Shown: one piece after another, positions 1 to 11,400 of the stretch
How positions within the stretch are numbered: position 1 is the stretch's first letter
Layout: the number at the start of each line of letters is the position of its first letter
From: Eledone cirrhosa
Lineage: Eukaryota
NCBI GenBank assembly: GCA_964016885.1
Contig: OZ024744.1
Coordinates: forward strand, 129,208,001 to 129,272,000
Direction of reading: 5' to 3'
DNA: 64,000 nt
Translations under genes and position numbers: made by a program
Notes under the pieces: generated by a model
Told to the model about the DNA's origin: nothing
The model's input: the letters and a program-made list of their open reading frames with translations, nothing else
Database searches by the model: none

Positions 1-79
1 GGGGGTGAGTTAAGTTGGGGGTAAGTTAAGTTGGGGTTAAGTTAATTTAGGGTTAAGTTAAGTTGGGGTTGAGTTAAGT

Positions 80-2400
80 TGGGGTTAAGTTAAGTGGTGG
101 TTATGTTAAGTTGGGGTTAAGTTAAGTTGGGGTTAATTTAAATTGGGGTTAATTTAACTTTGTGGTTAAGTTAAGTTGGGGTTAATTTAAGTTGGGGTTA
201 AGTTAAGTTGGGGTTAATTTAATTTGTGGTTAAGTTAAGTTGGGGTTAAGTTAAGTTGGGGTTAAGTTAAGCTGGGGTTAAGTTAAGTTGGGGTTAAAAT
301 AAGTTGGGGTTAAGTTAAGTTGGGGTTGAGTTAAGTTGGGGTTGAGTTAATTCGGGGTTAAGTTAAGTTGGGGTTAACTTAAGTTGGGTTTAATTTAAGT
401 TGGGGTTAAATTAAGTTGGGGTTATAATTAAGTTGGGGTTAATTTAAGTTGGGGGTAAGATAAGTTGGGGTTAGTTAAGTTGCGGTTAAGTTAAGTTGGG
501 GTTAAGTTAAGTTGGGGTTAAGTTAAGTTGGGGTTAAGTTAAGTTGGGGTTAATTTAAGTTGGGGTTAATTTAAGTTGGGGTAAAGTTAAGTTGGGGGTA
601 AGTTAAGTTGGGGTTAAGTTAAGTTGGGGTTAAGTTGGGGTTAAGTTAAGTTAGGGTTAACTTAAGTTGGGGTTGTGTTAAGTGGTGGTTATGTTAAGTG
701 GTGATTATGTTAAGTTGGGGTTAAGTTAAGTTGGGGTTAAGTTAAATTGGGGTTAAGTTAAGTTACGGTTAAGTTAAGTTGGGGTTAAGTTAAGTTGGGG
801 TTAAGTTAATTAGGGTTAAGTTAAGTTGGGGTTAAGTTAAGTTGGGGTTAAGTTAAGTTGGGGTTAAGTTAATTTGTGGTTAAGTTAAGTTGGGGTTAAG
901 TTAAGTTGGGGTTAAGTTAAGTTGGGGATAAGTTAAGTTGAGGATAAGTTAAGTTGGGGTTAATTAAGTTGGCTTTAAGTTAAGTTGGGGTTAAGTTAAG
1001 TTGGGGTTAAGTTAAGTTGGGGTTAAGTTAAGTTGAGTTTAAGTTAAGTTGGGGTTAATTTAAGTTGGGGTTAAGTTAAGTTGGGGTTAAGTTAAGTTGG
1101 GGTTAAGTTAAGTTGGGGTTCAGTTAAGTTGGGGTTAAGTTAAGTTGGGGTTAAGTTAGGGTAAAATTAAGTTGGGGTTAAGTTAAGTTGCGGTTAAGTT
1201 AAGTTGAGGTTAAGTTAAGTTGGGGTTAAGTTAAGTTGGGGTTAAGTTAAGTTGGGGCTAAGTTAAGTTGGAGCTAATTTAAGTTGGGGCTAAGTTAAGT
1301 TGGGGTTAAGTTAAGTTGGGGTTAAGTTAAGGTGGGGTTAAGTTAAGTTGGGGTCAACTTAAGTTGGGGTTAATTTAAGTTGGGGTTAACTTAAGTTGGG
1401 GTTAAGGTAAGTTGTGGTCAAGTTAAGTTGGGGTTAAGTTAAGTGGTGGTTATGTTAAGTTGGGGTTAAGTTAAGTTGGGGTTAATTTAAATTGGGGTTA
1501 ATTTAACTTTGTGGTTAAGTTAAGTTGGGGTTAATTTAAGTTGGGGTTAAGTTAAGTTGGGGTTAATTTAATTTGTGGTTAAGTTAAGTTGGGGTTAAGT
1601 TAAGTTGGGGTTAAGTTAAGCTGGGGTTAAGTTAAGTTGGGGTTAAAATAAGTTGGGGTTAAGTTAAGTTGGGGTTGAGTTAAGTTGGGGTTGAGTTAAT
1701 TCGGGGTTAATTTAAGTTGGGGTTAACTTAAGTTGGGTTTAATTTAAGTTGGGGTTAAGTTAAGTTGGGGTTATAATTAAGTTGGGGTTAAGTTAAGTTG
1801 GGGGTAAGATAAGTTGGGGTTAGTTAAGTTGCGGTTAAGTTAAGTTGGGGTTAAGTTAAGTTGGGGTTAAGTTAAGTTGGGGTTAAGTTAAGTTGGGGTT
1901 AATTTAAGTTGGGGTTAATTTAAGTTGGGGTAAAGTTAAGTTGGGGGTAAGTTAAGTTGGGGTTAAGTTAAGTTGGGGTTAAGTTGGGGTTAAGTTAAGT
2001 TAGGGTTAACTTAAGATGGGGTTGTGTTAAGTGGTGGTTATGTTAAGTGGTGATTATGTTAAGTTGGGGTTAAGTTAAGTTGGGGTTAAGTTAAATTGGG
2101 GTTAAGTTAAGTTACGGTTAAGTTAAGTTGGGGTTAAGTTAAGTTGGGGTTAAGTTAATTAGGGTTAAGTTAAGTTGGGGTTAAGTTAAGTTGGGGTTAA
2201 GTTAATTTGTGGTTAAGTTAAGTTGGGGTTAAGTTAAGTTGGGGTTAAGTTAAGTTGGGGATAAGTTAAGTTGAGGATAAGTTAAGTTGGGGTTAATTAA
2301 GTTGGCTTTAAGTTAAGTTGGGGTTAAGTTAAGTTGGGGTTAAGTTAAGTTGGGGTTAAGTTAAGTTGGTTAGTTAAGTTGAGTTTAAGTTAAGTTGGGG
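80..2400 (+). repeat. HOR duplication, offset 1349 bp (about 80-1050 repeated at about 1430-2400)
   Basis: Landmark taagtggtggttatg at 91 and 1440, and gttataattaag at 421 and 1770, both give offset 1349. The following ttgtg/tggtgg/tggtga, ttacgg, gaggataag and ggcttt variants recur in the same order. Confidence 0.85.
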
Positions 2401-5400
2401 TTAATTTAAGTTGGGGTTAAGTTAAGTTGGGGTTAAGTTAAGTTGGGGTTAAGTTAAGTTGGGGTTAAGTTAAGTTGGGGTTAAGTTAAGTTGGGGTTAA
2501 GTTAAGTTGGGTTTAAGTTAAGTTGGGGCTAAGTTAAGTTAGGGCTAAGTTAAGTTGGGGTTAAGTAAAGTTAGGGCTAAGTTAAGTTGGGGTTAAGTTA
2601 AGTTGGGGTTAATTTAAGTTGGGGTTACATTAAGTTGATGTTAAGTTAAGTTGGGGTTAAGTTAAGTTGGGGTTAAGTTAAGTTGGGGTTAAATTAAGTT
2701 GGGGTTAAATTAAGTTGGGGTTAAGTTAAGTTGGGGTTAAGTTAGGTTGGTGTTAAGTTAAGTTGGGGTTAAGTTAATTTGTGGTTAAGTTAAGTTGGGG
2801 TTAAGTTAAGTTGGGGTTAAGTTCAGTCGGGGTTAAGTTAAGTCGGGGTTAAGTTAAGTTGGGGTTAAGTTAAGTTGCGGTTAAGTTAAGTTGGGGTTAA
2901 GTTAAGTTGGGGTTAAGTTAATTAGGGTTAAGTTAAGTTGGGGTTAAGTTAAGTTGGGGTTAAGTTAAGTTGGGGTTAAGTTAAGTTGGGTTTAAGTTAA
3001 GTTGGGGCTAAGTTAAGTTAGGGCTAAGTTAAGTTGGGGTTAAGTTGGGGTTAATTTAAGTTGGGGTTACATTAAGTTGAGGTTAAGTTAAGTTGTGGTT
3101 AAGTTAAGTTAGGGTTAATTTAAGTTAGGGTTATGTTAAGTTGGGGTTAAGTTAAGTTGGGGTTAAGTTAGGTTGGTGTTAAGTTAAGTTGGGGTTAAGT
3201 TAATTTGTGGTTAAGTTAAGTTGGGGTTAAGTTAAGTTGGGGTTGAGTTAATTTGGGGTTGAGTTAATTTGGGGTTAAGTTAAGTTGGGGTTAACTTAAG
3301 TTGGGTTTAATTTAAGTTGGGGTTAATTTAAGTTGGGGTTAAATTAAGTTGGGGTTAAGTTAAGTTGGGGGTAAGATAAGTTGGGGTTAGTTAAGTTGCG
3401 GTTAAGTTAAGTTGGGGTTAAGTTAAGTTGGGGTTAAGTTAAGTTGGGGTTAAGTTAAGTTGGGGTTAATTTAAGTTGGGGTTAATTTAAGTTGGGGTTA
3501 ATTTAAGTTGGGGTTAATTTAAGTTGGGGTTAAGTTAAGTTGGGGTTAAGTTAAGTTGGGGTAAAGTTAAGTTGGGGTTAAGTTAAGTTGGGGTTAAGTT
3601 AAGTTGGGGTTAAGTTGGGGTTAAGTTAAGTTAGGGTTAACTTAAGTTGGGGTTGTGTTAAGTGGTGGTTATGTTAAGTGGTGGTTATGTTAAGTTGGGG
3701 TTAAGTTAAGTTGGGGTTAAGTTAAATTGGGGTTAAGTTAAGTTGCGGTTAAGTTAAGTTGGGGTTAAGTTAAGTTATGGTTAAGTTAATTAGGGTTAAG
3801 TTAAGTTGGGGTTAAGTTAAGTTGGGGTTAAGTTAAGTTGGGGTTAAGTTAAGTTGGGGTTAAGTTAAGTCGGGGTTAAGTTAAGTTAGGGTTAAGTTAA
3901 GTTGGGGTTAATTTAAGTTGGGGTTAAGTTAAGTTGGGGTTAAGTTAAGTTGGGGTTAAGTTAAGGTGGGGTTAAGTTAAGTTGGGGTCAACTTAAGTTG
4001 GGGTTAATTTAAGTTGGGGTTAACTTAAGTTGGGGTCAACTTAAGTTGGGGTTAAGTTAAGTTGGGGTTAAGTTAAGTTGGGGTTAAGTTAAGTTGGGGT
4101 TAAGTTAAGTTGGGGTTACGTTAAGTTGGGGGTAAGTTAAGTTGGTGGTAAGTTAAGTTGGGGGTAAGTTAAGATGGGGTTAAGTTAAGTTGGGGTTAAT
4201 TTAATTTGGGGTTAAGTTAAGTTATGGTTAAGTTAAGTTGGGGTTATGTTAAGTTGGGGTTAAGTTAAGTTGGGGTTAAGTTAAGTTGGGGTTAAGTTAA
4301 GTTGGGGTTAAGTTAAGTTGGGGTTCAATTAAGTTGCGGTTAATTTAAGTTGGGTTAATTTAAGTTAATTTAAGTTAGGCTTAACTTAAGTTGGGGTTAA
4401 GTTAAGTTGGGGGTGAGTTAAGTTGGGGGTAAGTTAAGTTGGGGTTAAGTTAAGTTGGGGTTAAGTTAGGTTGGTGTTAAGTTAAGTTGGCGGTAAGTTA
4501 AGTTGGGGGTAAGTTAAGTTGGTGTTAAGTTATGTTGGGGTTAAGTTAAGTTGGGGTTAAGTTAAGTTGGGTTTAAGTTAAGTTGGGGCTAAGTTAAGTT
4601 AGGGCTAAGTTAAGTTGGGGTTAAGTAAAGTTAGGGCTAAGTTAAGTTGGGGTTAAGTTAAATTGGGGTTAATTTAAGTTGGGGTTACATTAAGTTGAGG
4701 TTAAGTTAAGTTGGGGTTAAGTTAAGTTGGGTTTAAGTTAAGTTGGGGCTGAGTTAAGTTAGGGCTAAGTTAAGTTGGGGCTGAGTTAAGTTGGGGTTAA
4801 GTTAAGTTGGGGTTGAGTTAAGTTGGGGTTAAGTTAAGTTGGGGTTAAGTTAAGTTGGGGTTAAGTTAAGTTGGGGCTGAGTTAAGTTGGGGTTACGTTA
4901 AGTTGGGGTTAAGGTAAGTTGGGGTTAAGTTAAGTTCGGGTTAAGTTAAGTTGGTGTTAAGTTAAGTTGGGGCTGAGTTAAGTTGGGGCTAATTTAAGTT
5001 GGGTCTAAGTTAAGTTGGGGTTAAGTTAAGTTGGGGTTAAGTTAAGTTGGTGTTAAATTAAGTTGGGGTTAAGTTAAGTTGGTGTTAAGTTAAGTTGGGG
5101 TTAAGTTAAGTTGGGGTTACTTAAGTTGGGGTTAAGTTAAGTTGGGGTTAAGTTAATTGGGGTTAAATTAAGTTAGGGTTGAGTTAAGTTGGGGTTAAGT
5201 TAAGTTGGGGTTATATTAAGTTGGGGTTAAGTTAAGTTGGGGTTAAGTAAAGTTGGGGTTCAGTTAAGTTGCGGTTAAGTTAAGTTGGGGTTAAGTTAAG
5301 TTAGGCTTAACTTAAGTTGGGGTTAAGTTAAGTTGGGGGTGAGTTAAGTTGGGGGTAAGTTAAGTTGGGGTTAAGTTAAGTTGGGGTTAAGTTGGGGTTA

Positions 5401-8400
5401 AGTTAATTTAGGGTTAAGTTAAGTTGGGGTTGAGTTAAGTTGGGGTTAAGTTAAGTGGTGGTTATGTTAAGTTGGGGTTAAGTTAAGTTGGGGTTAATTT
5501 AAATTGGGGTTAATTTAACTTTGTGGTTAAGTTAAGCTGGGGTTAAGTTAAGTTGGGGTTAAAATAAGTTGGGGTTAAGTTAAGTTGGGGTTGAGTTAAG
5601 TTGGGGTTGAGTTAATTCGGGGTTAAGTTAAGTTGGGGTTAACTTAAGTTGGGTTTAATTTAAGTTGGGGTAAAGTTAAGTTGGGGGTAAGTTAAGTTGG
5701 GGTTAAGTTAAGTTGGGGTTAAGTTGGGGTTAAGTTAAGTTAGGGTTAACTTAAGTTGGGGTTGTGTTAAGTGGTGGTTATGTTAAGTGGTGATTATGTT
5801 AAGTTGGGGTTAAGTTAAGTTGGGGTTAAGTTAAATTGGGGTTAAGTTAAGTTACGGTTAAGTTAAGTTGGGGTTAAGTTAAGTTGGGGTTAAGTTAATT
5901 AGGGTTAAGTTAAGTTGGGGTTAAGTTAAGTTGGGGTTAAGTTAAGTTGGGGTTAAGTTAATTTGTGGTTAAGTTAAGTTGGGGTTAAGTTAAGTTGGGG
6001 TTAAGTTAAGTTGGGGATAAGTTAAGTTGAGGATAAGTTAAGTTGGGGTTAATTAAGTTGGCTTTAAGTTAAGTTGGGGTTAAGTTAAGTTGGGGTTAAG
6101 TTAAGTTGGGGTTAAGTTAAGTTGGTTAGTTAAGTTGAGTTTAAGTTAAGTTGGGGTTAATTTAAGTTGGGGTTAAGTTAAGTTGGGGTTAAGTTAAGTT
6201 GGGGTTAAGTTAAGTTGGGGTTCAGTTAAGTTGGGGTTAAGTTAAGTTGGGGTTAAGTTAGGGTAAAATTAAGTTGGGGTTAAGTTAAGTTGCGGTTAAG
6301 TTAAGTTGAGGTTAAGTTAAGTTGGGGTTAAGTTAAGTTGGGGTTAAGTTAAGTTGGGGCTAAGTTAAGTTGGAGCTAAGTTAAGTTGGGGCTAAGTTAA
6401 GTTGGGGTTAAGTTAAGTTGGGGTTAAGTTAAGGTGGGGTTAAGTTAAGTTGGGGTCAACTTAAGTTGGGGTTAATTTAAGTTGGGGTTAACTTAAGTTG
6501 GGGTTAAGTTAAGTTGTGGTCAAGTTAAGTTGGGGTTAAGTTAAGTTGGGGTTACGTTAAGTTGGGGTTAAGTTAAGTTGGGGTTCAATTAAGATGCGGA
6601 TAATTTAAGTTGGGGTTAAGTTAAGTTGGGGTTAAGTTAAGTTAGGGTTAAGTTAATTTGGGGTTAAATTAAGTTGGGGTTAAATTAAGTTGGGGTTAAG
6701 TTAAGTTGGGGTTATGTTAAGTTGGTGTTAAGTTAAGTTGCGGTTAAGTTAAGTTGGGGTTAAGTTAGGTTGGTGTTAATTTAAGTTGGGGGTAAGTTAA
6801 GTTGGGGGTAAGTTAAGTTGGTGTTAAGTTAAGTTGGGGTTAAGTTAAGTTGGGGTTAAGTTAAGTTGGGTTTAAGTTAAGTTGGGGCTAAGTTAAGTTA
6901 GGGCTAAGTTAAGTTGGGGTTAAGTAAAGTTAGGGCTAAGTTAAGTTGGGGTTAAGTTAAGTTGGGGTTAATTTAAGTTGGGGTTAAGTTAAGTTAGGTT
7001 TAAGTTAAGTTGGGGTTAAGTTAAGTTGGGGTTAAGTTAAGTTGGGGTTAAATTAAGTTGGGGTTAAATTAAGTTGGGGTTAAGTTAAGTTGGGGTTAAG
7101 TTAGGTTGGTGTTAAGTTAAGTTGGGGTTAAGTTAATTTGTGGTTAAGTTAAGTTGGGGTTAAGTTAAGTTGGGGTTAAGTTCAGTCGGGGTTAAGTTAA
7201 GTCGGGGTTAAGTTAAGTTGGGGTTAAGTTAAGTTGCGGTTAAGTTAAGTTGGGGTTAAGTTAAGTTGGGGTTAAGTTAATTAGGGTTAAGTTAAGTTTG
7301 GGTTAAGTTAAGTTGGGGTTAAGTTAAGTTGGGGTTAAGTTAAGGTGGGGTTAAGTTAAGTTGGGGTCAACTTAAGTTGGGGTTAATTTAAGTTGGGGTT
7401 AACTTAAGTTGGGGTTAAGGTAAGTTGTGGTCAAGTTAAGTTGGGGTTAAGTTAAGTGGTGGTTATGTTAAGTTGGGGTTAAGTTAAGTTGGGGTTAATT
7501 TAAATTGGGGTTAATTTAACTTTGTGGTTAAGTTAAGTTGGGGTTAATTTAAGTTGGGGTTAAGTTAAGTTGGGGTTAATTTAATTTGTGGTTAAGTTAA
7601 GTTGGGGTTAAGTTAAGTTGGGGTTAAGTTAAGCTGGGGTTAAGTTAAGTTGGGGTTAAAATAAGTTGGGGTTAAGTTAAGTTGGGGTTGAGTTAAGTTG
7701 GGGTTGAGTTAATTCGGGGTTAATTTAAGTTGGGGTTAACTTAAGTTGGGTTTAATTTAAGTTGGGGTTAAGTTAAGTTGGGGTTATAATTAAGTTGGGG
7801 TTAAGTTAAGTTGGGGGTAAGATAAGTTGGGGTTAGTTAAGTTGCGGTTAAGTTAAGTTGGGGTTAAGTTAAGTTGGGGTTAAGTTAAGTTGGGGTTAAG
7901 TTAAGTTGGGGTTAATTTAAGTTGGGGTTAATTTAAGTTGGGGTAAAGTTAAGTTGGGGGTAAGTTAAGTTGGGGTTAAGTTAAGTTGGGGTTAAGTTGG
8001 GGTTAAGTTAAGTTAGGGTTAACTTAAGTTGGGGTTGTGTTAAGTGGTGGTTATGTTAAGTGGTGATTATGTTAAGTTGGGGTTAAGTTAAGTTGGGGTT
8101 AAGTTAAATTGGGGTTAAGTTAAGTTACGGTTAAGTTAAGTTGGGGTTAAGTTAAGTTGGGGTTAAGTTAATTAGGGTTAAGTTAAGTTGGGGTTAAGTT
8201 AAGTTGGGGTTAAGTTAATTTGTGGTTAAGTTAAGTTGGGGTTAAGTTAAGTTGGGGTTAAGTTAAGTTGGGGATAAGTTAAGTTGAGGATAAGTTAAGT
8301 TGGGGTTAATTAAGTTGGCTTTAAGTTAAGTTGGGGTTAAGTTAAGTTGGGGTTAAGTTAAGTTGGGGTTAAGTTAAGTTGGTTAGTTAAGTTGAGTTTA

Positions 8401-11400
8401 AGTTAAGTTGGGGTTAATTTAAGTTGGGGTTAAGTTAAGTTGGGGTTAAGTTAAGTTGGGGTTAAGTTAAGTTGGGGTTAAGTTAAGTTGGGGTTAAGTT
8501 AAGTTGGGTTTAAGTTAAGTTGGGGCTAAGTTAAGTTAGGGCTAAGTTAAGTTGGGGTTAAGTAAAGTTAGGGCTAAGTTAAGTTGGGGTTAAGTTAAGT
8601 TGGGGTTAATTTAAGTTGGGGTTACATTAAGTTGATGTTAAGTTAAGTTGGGGTTAAGTTAAGTTGGGGTTAAGTTAAGTTGGGGTTAAATTAAGTTGGG
8701 GTTAAATTAAGTTGGGGTTAAGTTAAGTTGGGGTTAAGTTAGGTTGGTGTTAAGTTAAGTTGGGGTTAAGTTAATTTGTGGTTAAGTTAAGTTGGGGTTA
8801 AGTTAAGTTGGGGTTAAGTTCAGTCGGGGTTAAGTTAAGTCGGGGTTAAGTTAAGTTGGGGTTAAGTTAAGTTGCGGTTAAGTTAAGTTGGGGTTAAGTT
8901 AAGTTGGGGTTAAGTTAATTAGGGTTAAGTTAAGTTGGGGTTAAGTTAAGTTGGGGTTAAGTTAAGTTGGGGTTAAGTTAAGTTGGGTTTAAGTTAAGTT
9001 GGGGCTAAGTTAAGTTAGGGCTAAGTTAAGTTGGGGTTAAGTTGGGGTTAATTTAAGTTGGGGTTACATTAAGTTGAGGTTAAGTTAAGTTGTGGTTAAG
9101 TTAAGTTAGGGTTAATTTAAGTTAGGGTTATGTTAAGTTGGGGTTAAGTTAAGTTGGGGTTAAGTTAGGTTGGTGTTAAGTTAAGTTGGGGTTAAGTTAA
9201 TTTGTGGTTAAGTTAAGTTGGGGTTAAGTTAAGTTGGGGTTAAGTTCAGTCGGGGTTAAGTTAAGTCGGGGTTAAGTTAAGTTGGGGTTAAGTTAAGTTG
9301 GGGTTAAGTTAAGTTGGGGTTGAGTTAAGTTGGGGTTAAGTTAAGGTGGGGTTAAAATAAGTTGGGGTTAAGTTAAGTTGGGGTTGAGTTAAGTTGGGGT
9401 TGAGTTAATTTGGGGTTAAGTTAAGTTGGGGTTAACTTAAGTTGGGTTTAATTTAAGTTGGGGTTAATTTAAGTTGGGGTTAAATTAAGTTGGGGTTAAG
9501 TTAAGTTGGGGGTAAGATAAGTTGGGGTTAGTTAAGTTGCGGTTAAGTTAAGTTGGGGTTAAGTTAAGTTGGGGTTAAGTTAAGTTGGGGTTAAGTTAAG
9601 TTGGGGTTAATTTAAGTTGGGGTTAATTTAAGTTGGGGTTAATTTAAGTTGGGGTTAATTTAAGTTGGGGTTAAGTTAAGTTGGGGTTAAGTTAAGTTGG
9701 GGTAAAGTTAAGTTGGGGTTAAGTTAAGTTGGGGTTAAGTTAAGTTGGGGTTAAGTTGGGGTTAAGTTAAGTTAGGGTTAACTTAAGTTGGGGTTGTGTT
9801 AAGTGGTGGTTATGTTAAGTGGTGGTTATGTTAAGTTGGGGTTAAGTTAAGTTGGGGTTAAGTTAAATTGGGGTTAAGTTAAGTTGCGGTTAAGTTAAGT
9901 TGGGGTTAAGTTAAGTTATGGTTAAGTTAATTAGGGTTAAGTTAAGTTGGGGTTAAGTTAAGTTGGGGTTAAGTTAAGTTGGGGTTAAGTTAAGTTGGGG
10001 TTAAGTTAAGTCGGGGTTAAGTTAAGTTAGGGTTAAGTTAAGTTGGGGTTAATTTAAGTTGGGGTTAAGTTAAGTTGGGGTTAAGTTAAGTTGGGGTTAA
10101 GTTAAGGTGGGGTTAAGTTAAGTTGGGGTCAACTTAAGTTGGGGTTAATTTAAGTTGGGGTTAACTTAAGTTGGGGTCAACTTAAGTTGGGGTTAAGTTA
10201 AGTTGGGGTTAAGTTAAGTTGGGGTTAAGTTAAGTTGGGGTTAAGTTAAGTTGGGGTTACGTTAAGTTGGGGGTAAGTTAAGTTGGTGGTAAGTTAAGTT
10301 GGGGGTAAGTTAAGATGGGGTTAAGTTAAGTTGGGGTTAATTTAATTTGGGGTTAAGTTAAGTTATGGTTAAGTTAAGTTGGGGTTATGTTAAGTTGGGG
10401 TTAAGTTAAGTTGGGGTTAAGTTAAGTTGGGGTTAAGTTAAGTTGGGGTTAAGTTAAGTTGGGGTTCAATTAAGTTGCGGTTAATTTAAGTTGGGTTAAT
10501 TTAAGTTAATTTAAGTTAGGCTTAACTTAAGTTGGGGTTAAGTTAAGTTGGGGGTGAGTTAAGTTGGGGGTAAGTTAAGTTGGGGTTAAGTTAAGTTGGG
10601 GTTAAGTTAGGTTGGTGTTAAGTTAAGTTGGCGGTAAGTTAAGTTGGGGGTAAGTTAAGTTGGTGTTAAGTTATGTTGGGGTTAAGTTAAGTTGGGGTTA
10701 AGTTAAGTTGGGTTTAAGTTAAGTTGGGGCTAAGTTAAGTTAGGGCTAAGTTAAGTTGGGGTTAAGTAAAGTTAGGGCTAAGTTAAGTTGGGGTTAAGTT
10801 AAATTGGGGTTAATTTAAGTTGGGGTTACATTAAGTTGAGGTTAAGTTAAGTTGGGGTTAAGTTAAGTTGGGTTTAAGTTAAGTTGGGGCTGAGTTAAGT
10901 TAGGGCTAAGTTAAGTTGGGGCTGAGTTAAGTTGGGGTTAAGTTAAGTTGGGGTTGAGTTAAGTTGGGGTTAAGTTAAGTTGGGGTTAAGTTAAGTTGGG
11001 GTTAAGTTAAGTTGGGGCTGAGTTAAGTTGGGGTTACGTTAAGTTGGGGTTAAGGTAAGTTGGGGTTAAGTTAAGTTCGGGTTAAGTTAAGTTGGTGTTA
11101 AGTTAAGTTGGGGCTGAGTTAAGTTGGGGCTAATTTAAGTTGGGTCTAAGTTAAGTTGGGGTTAAGTTAAGTTGGGGTTAAGTTAAGTTGGTGTTAAATT
11201 AAGTTGGGGTTAAGTTAAGTTGGTGTTAAGTTAAGTTGGGGTTAAGTTAAGTTGGGGTTACTTAAGTTGGGGTTAAGTTAAGTTGGGGTTAAGTTAATTG
11301 GGGTTAAATTAAGTTAGGGTTGAGTTAAGTTGGGGTTAAGTTAAGTTGGGGTTATATTAAGTTGGGGTTAAGTTAAGTTGGGGTTAAGTAAAGTTGGGGT

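Noticed and set aside
421-432. TATAAT (-10 box-like hexamer) in gttataattaag, also near 1770, 7783, 11827, 24346 and 27370
   Set aside because: It is a single 17-bp monomer variant propagated by HOR duplication, with no -35 element or downstream gene.
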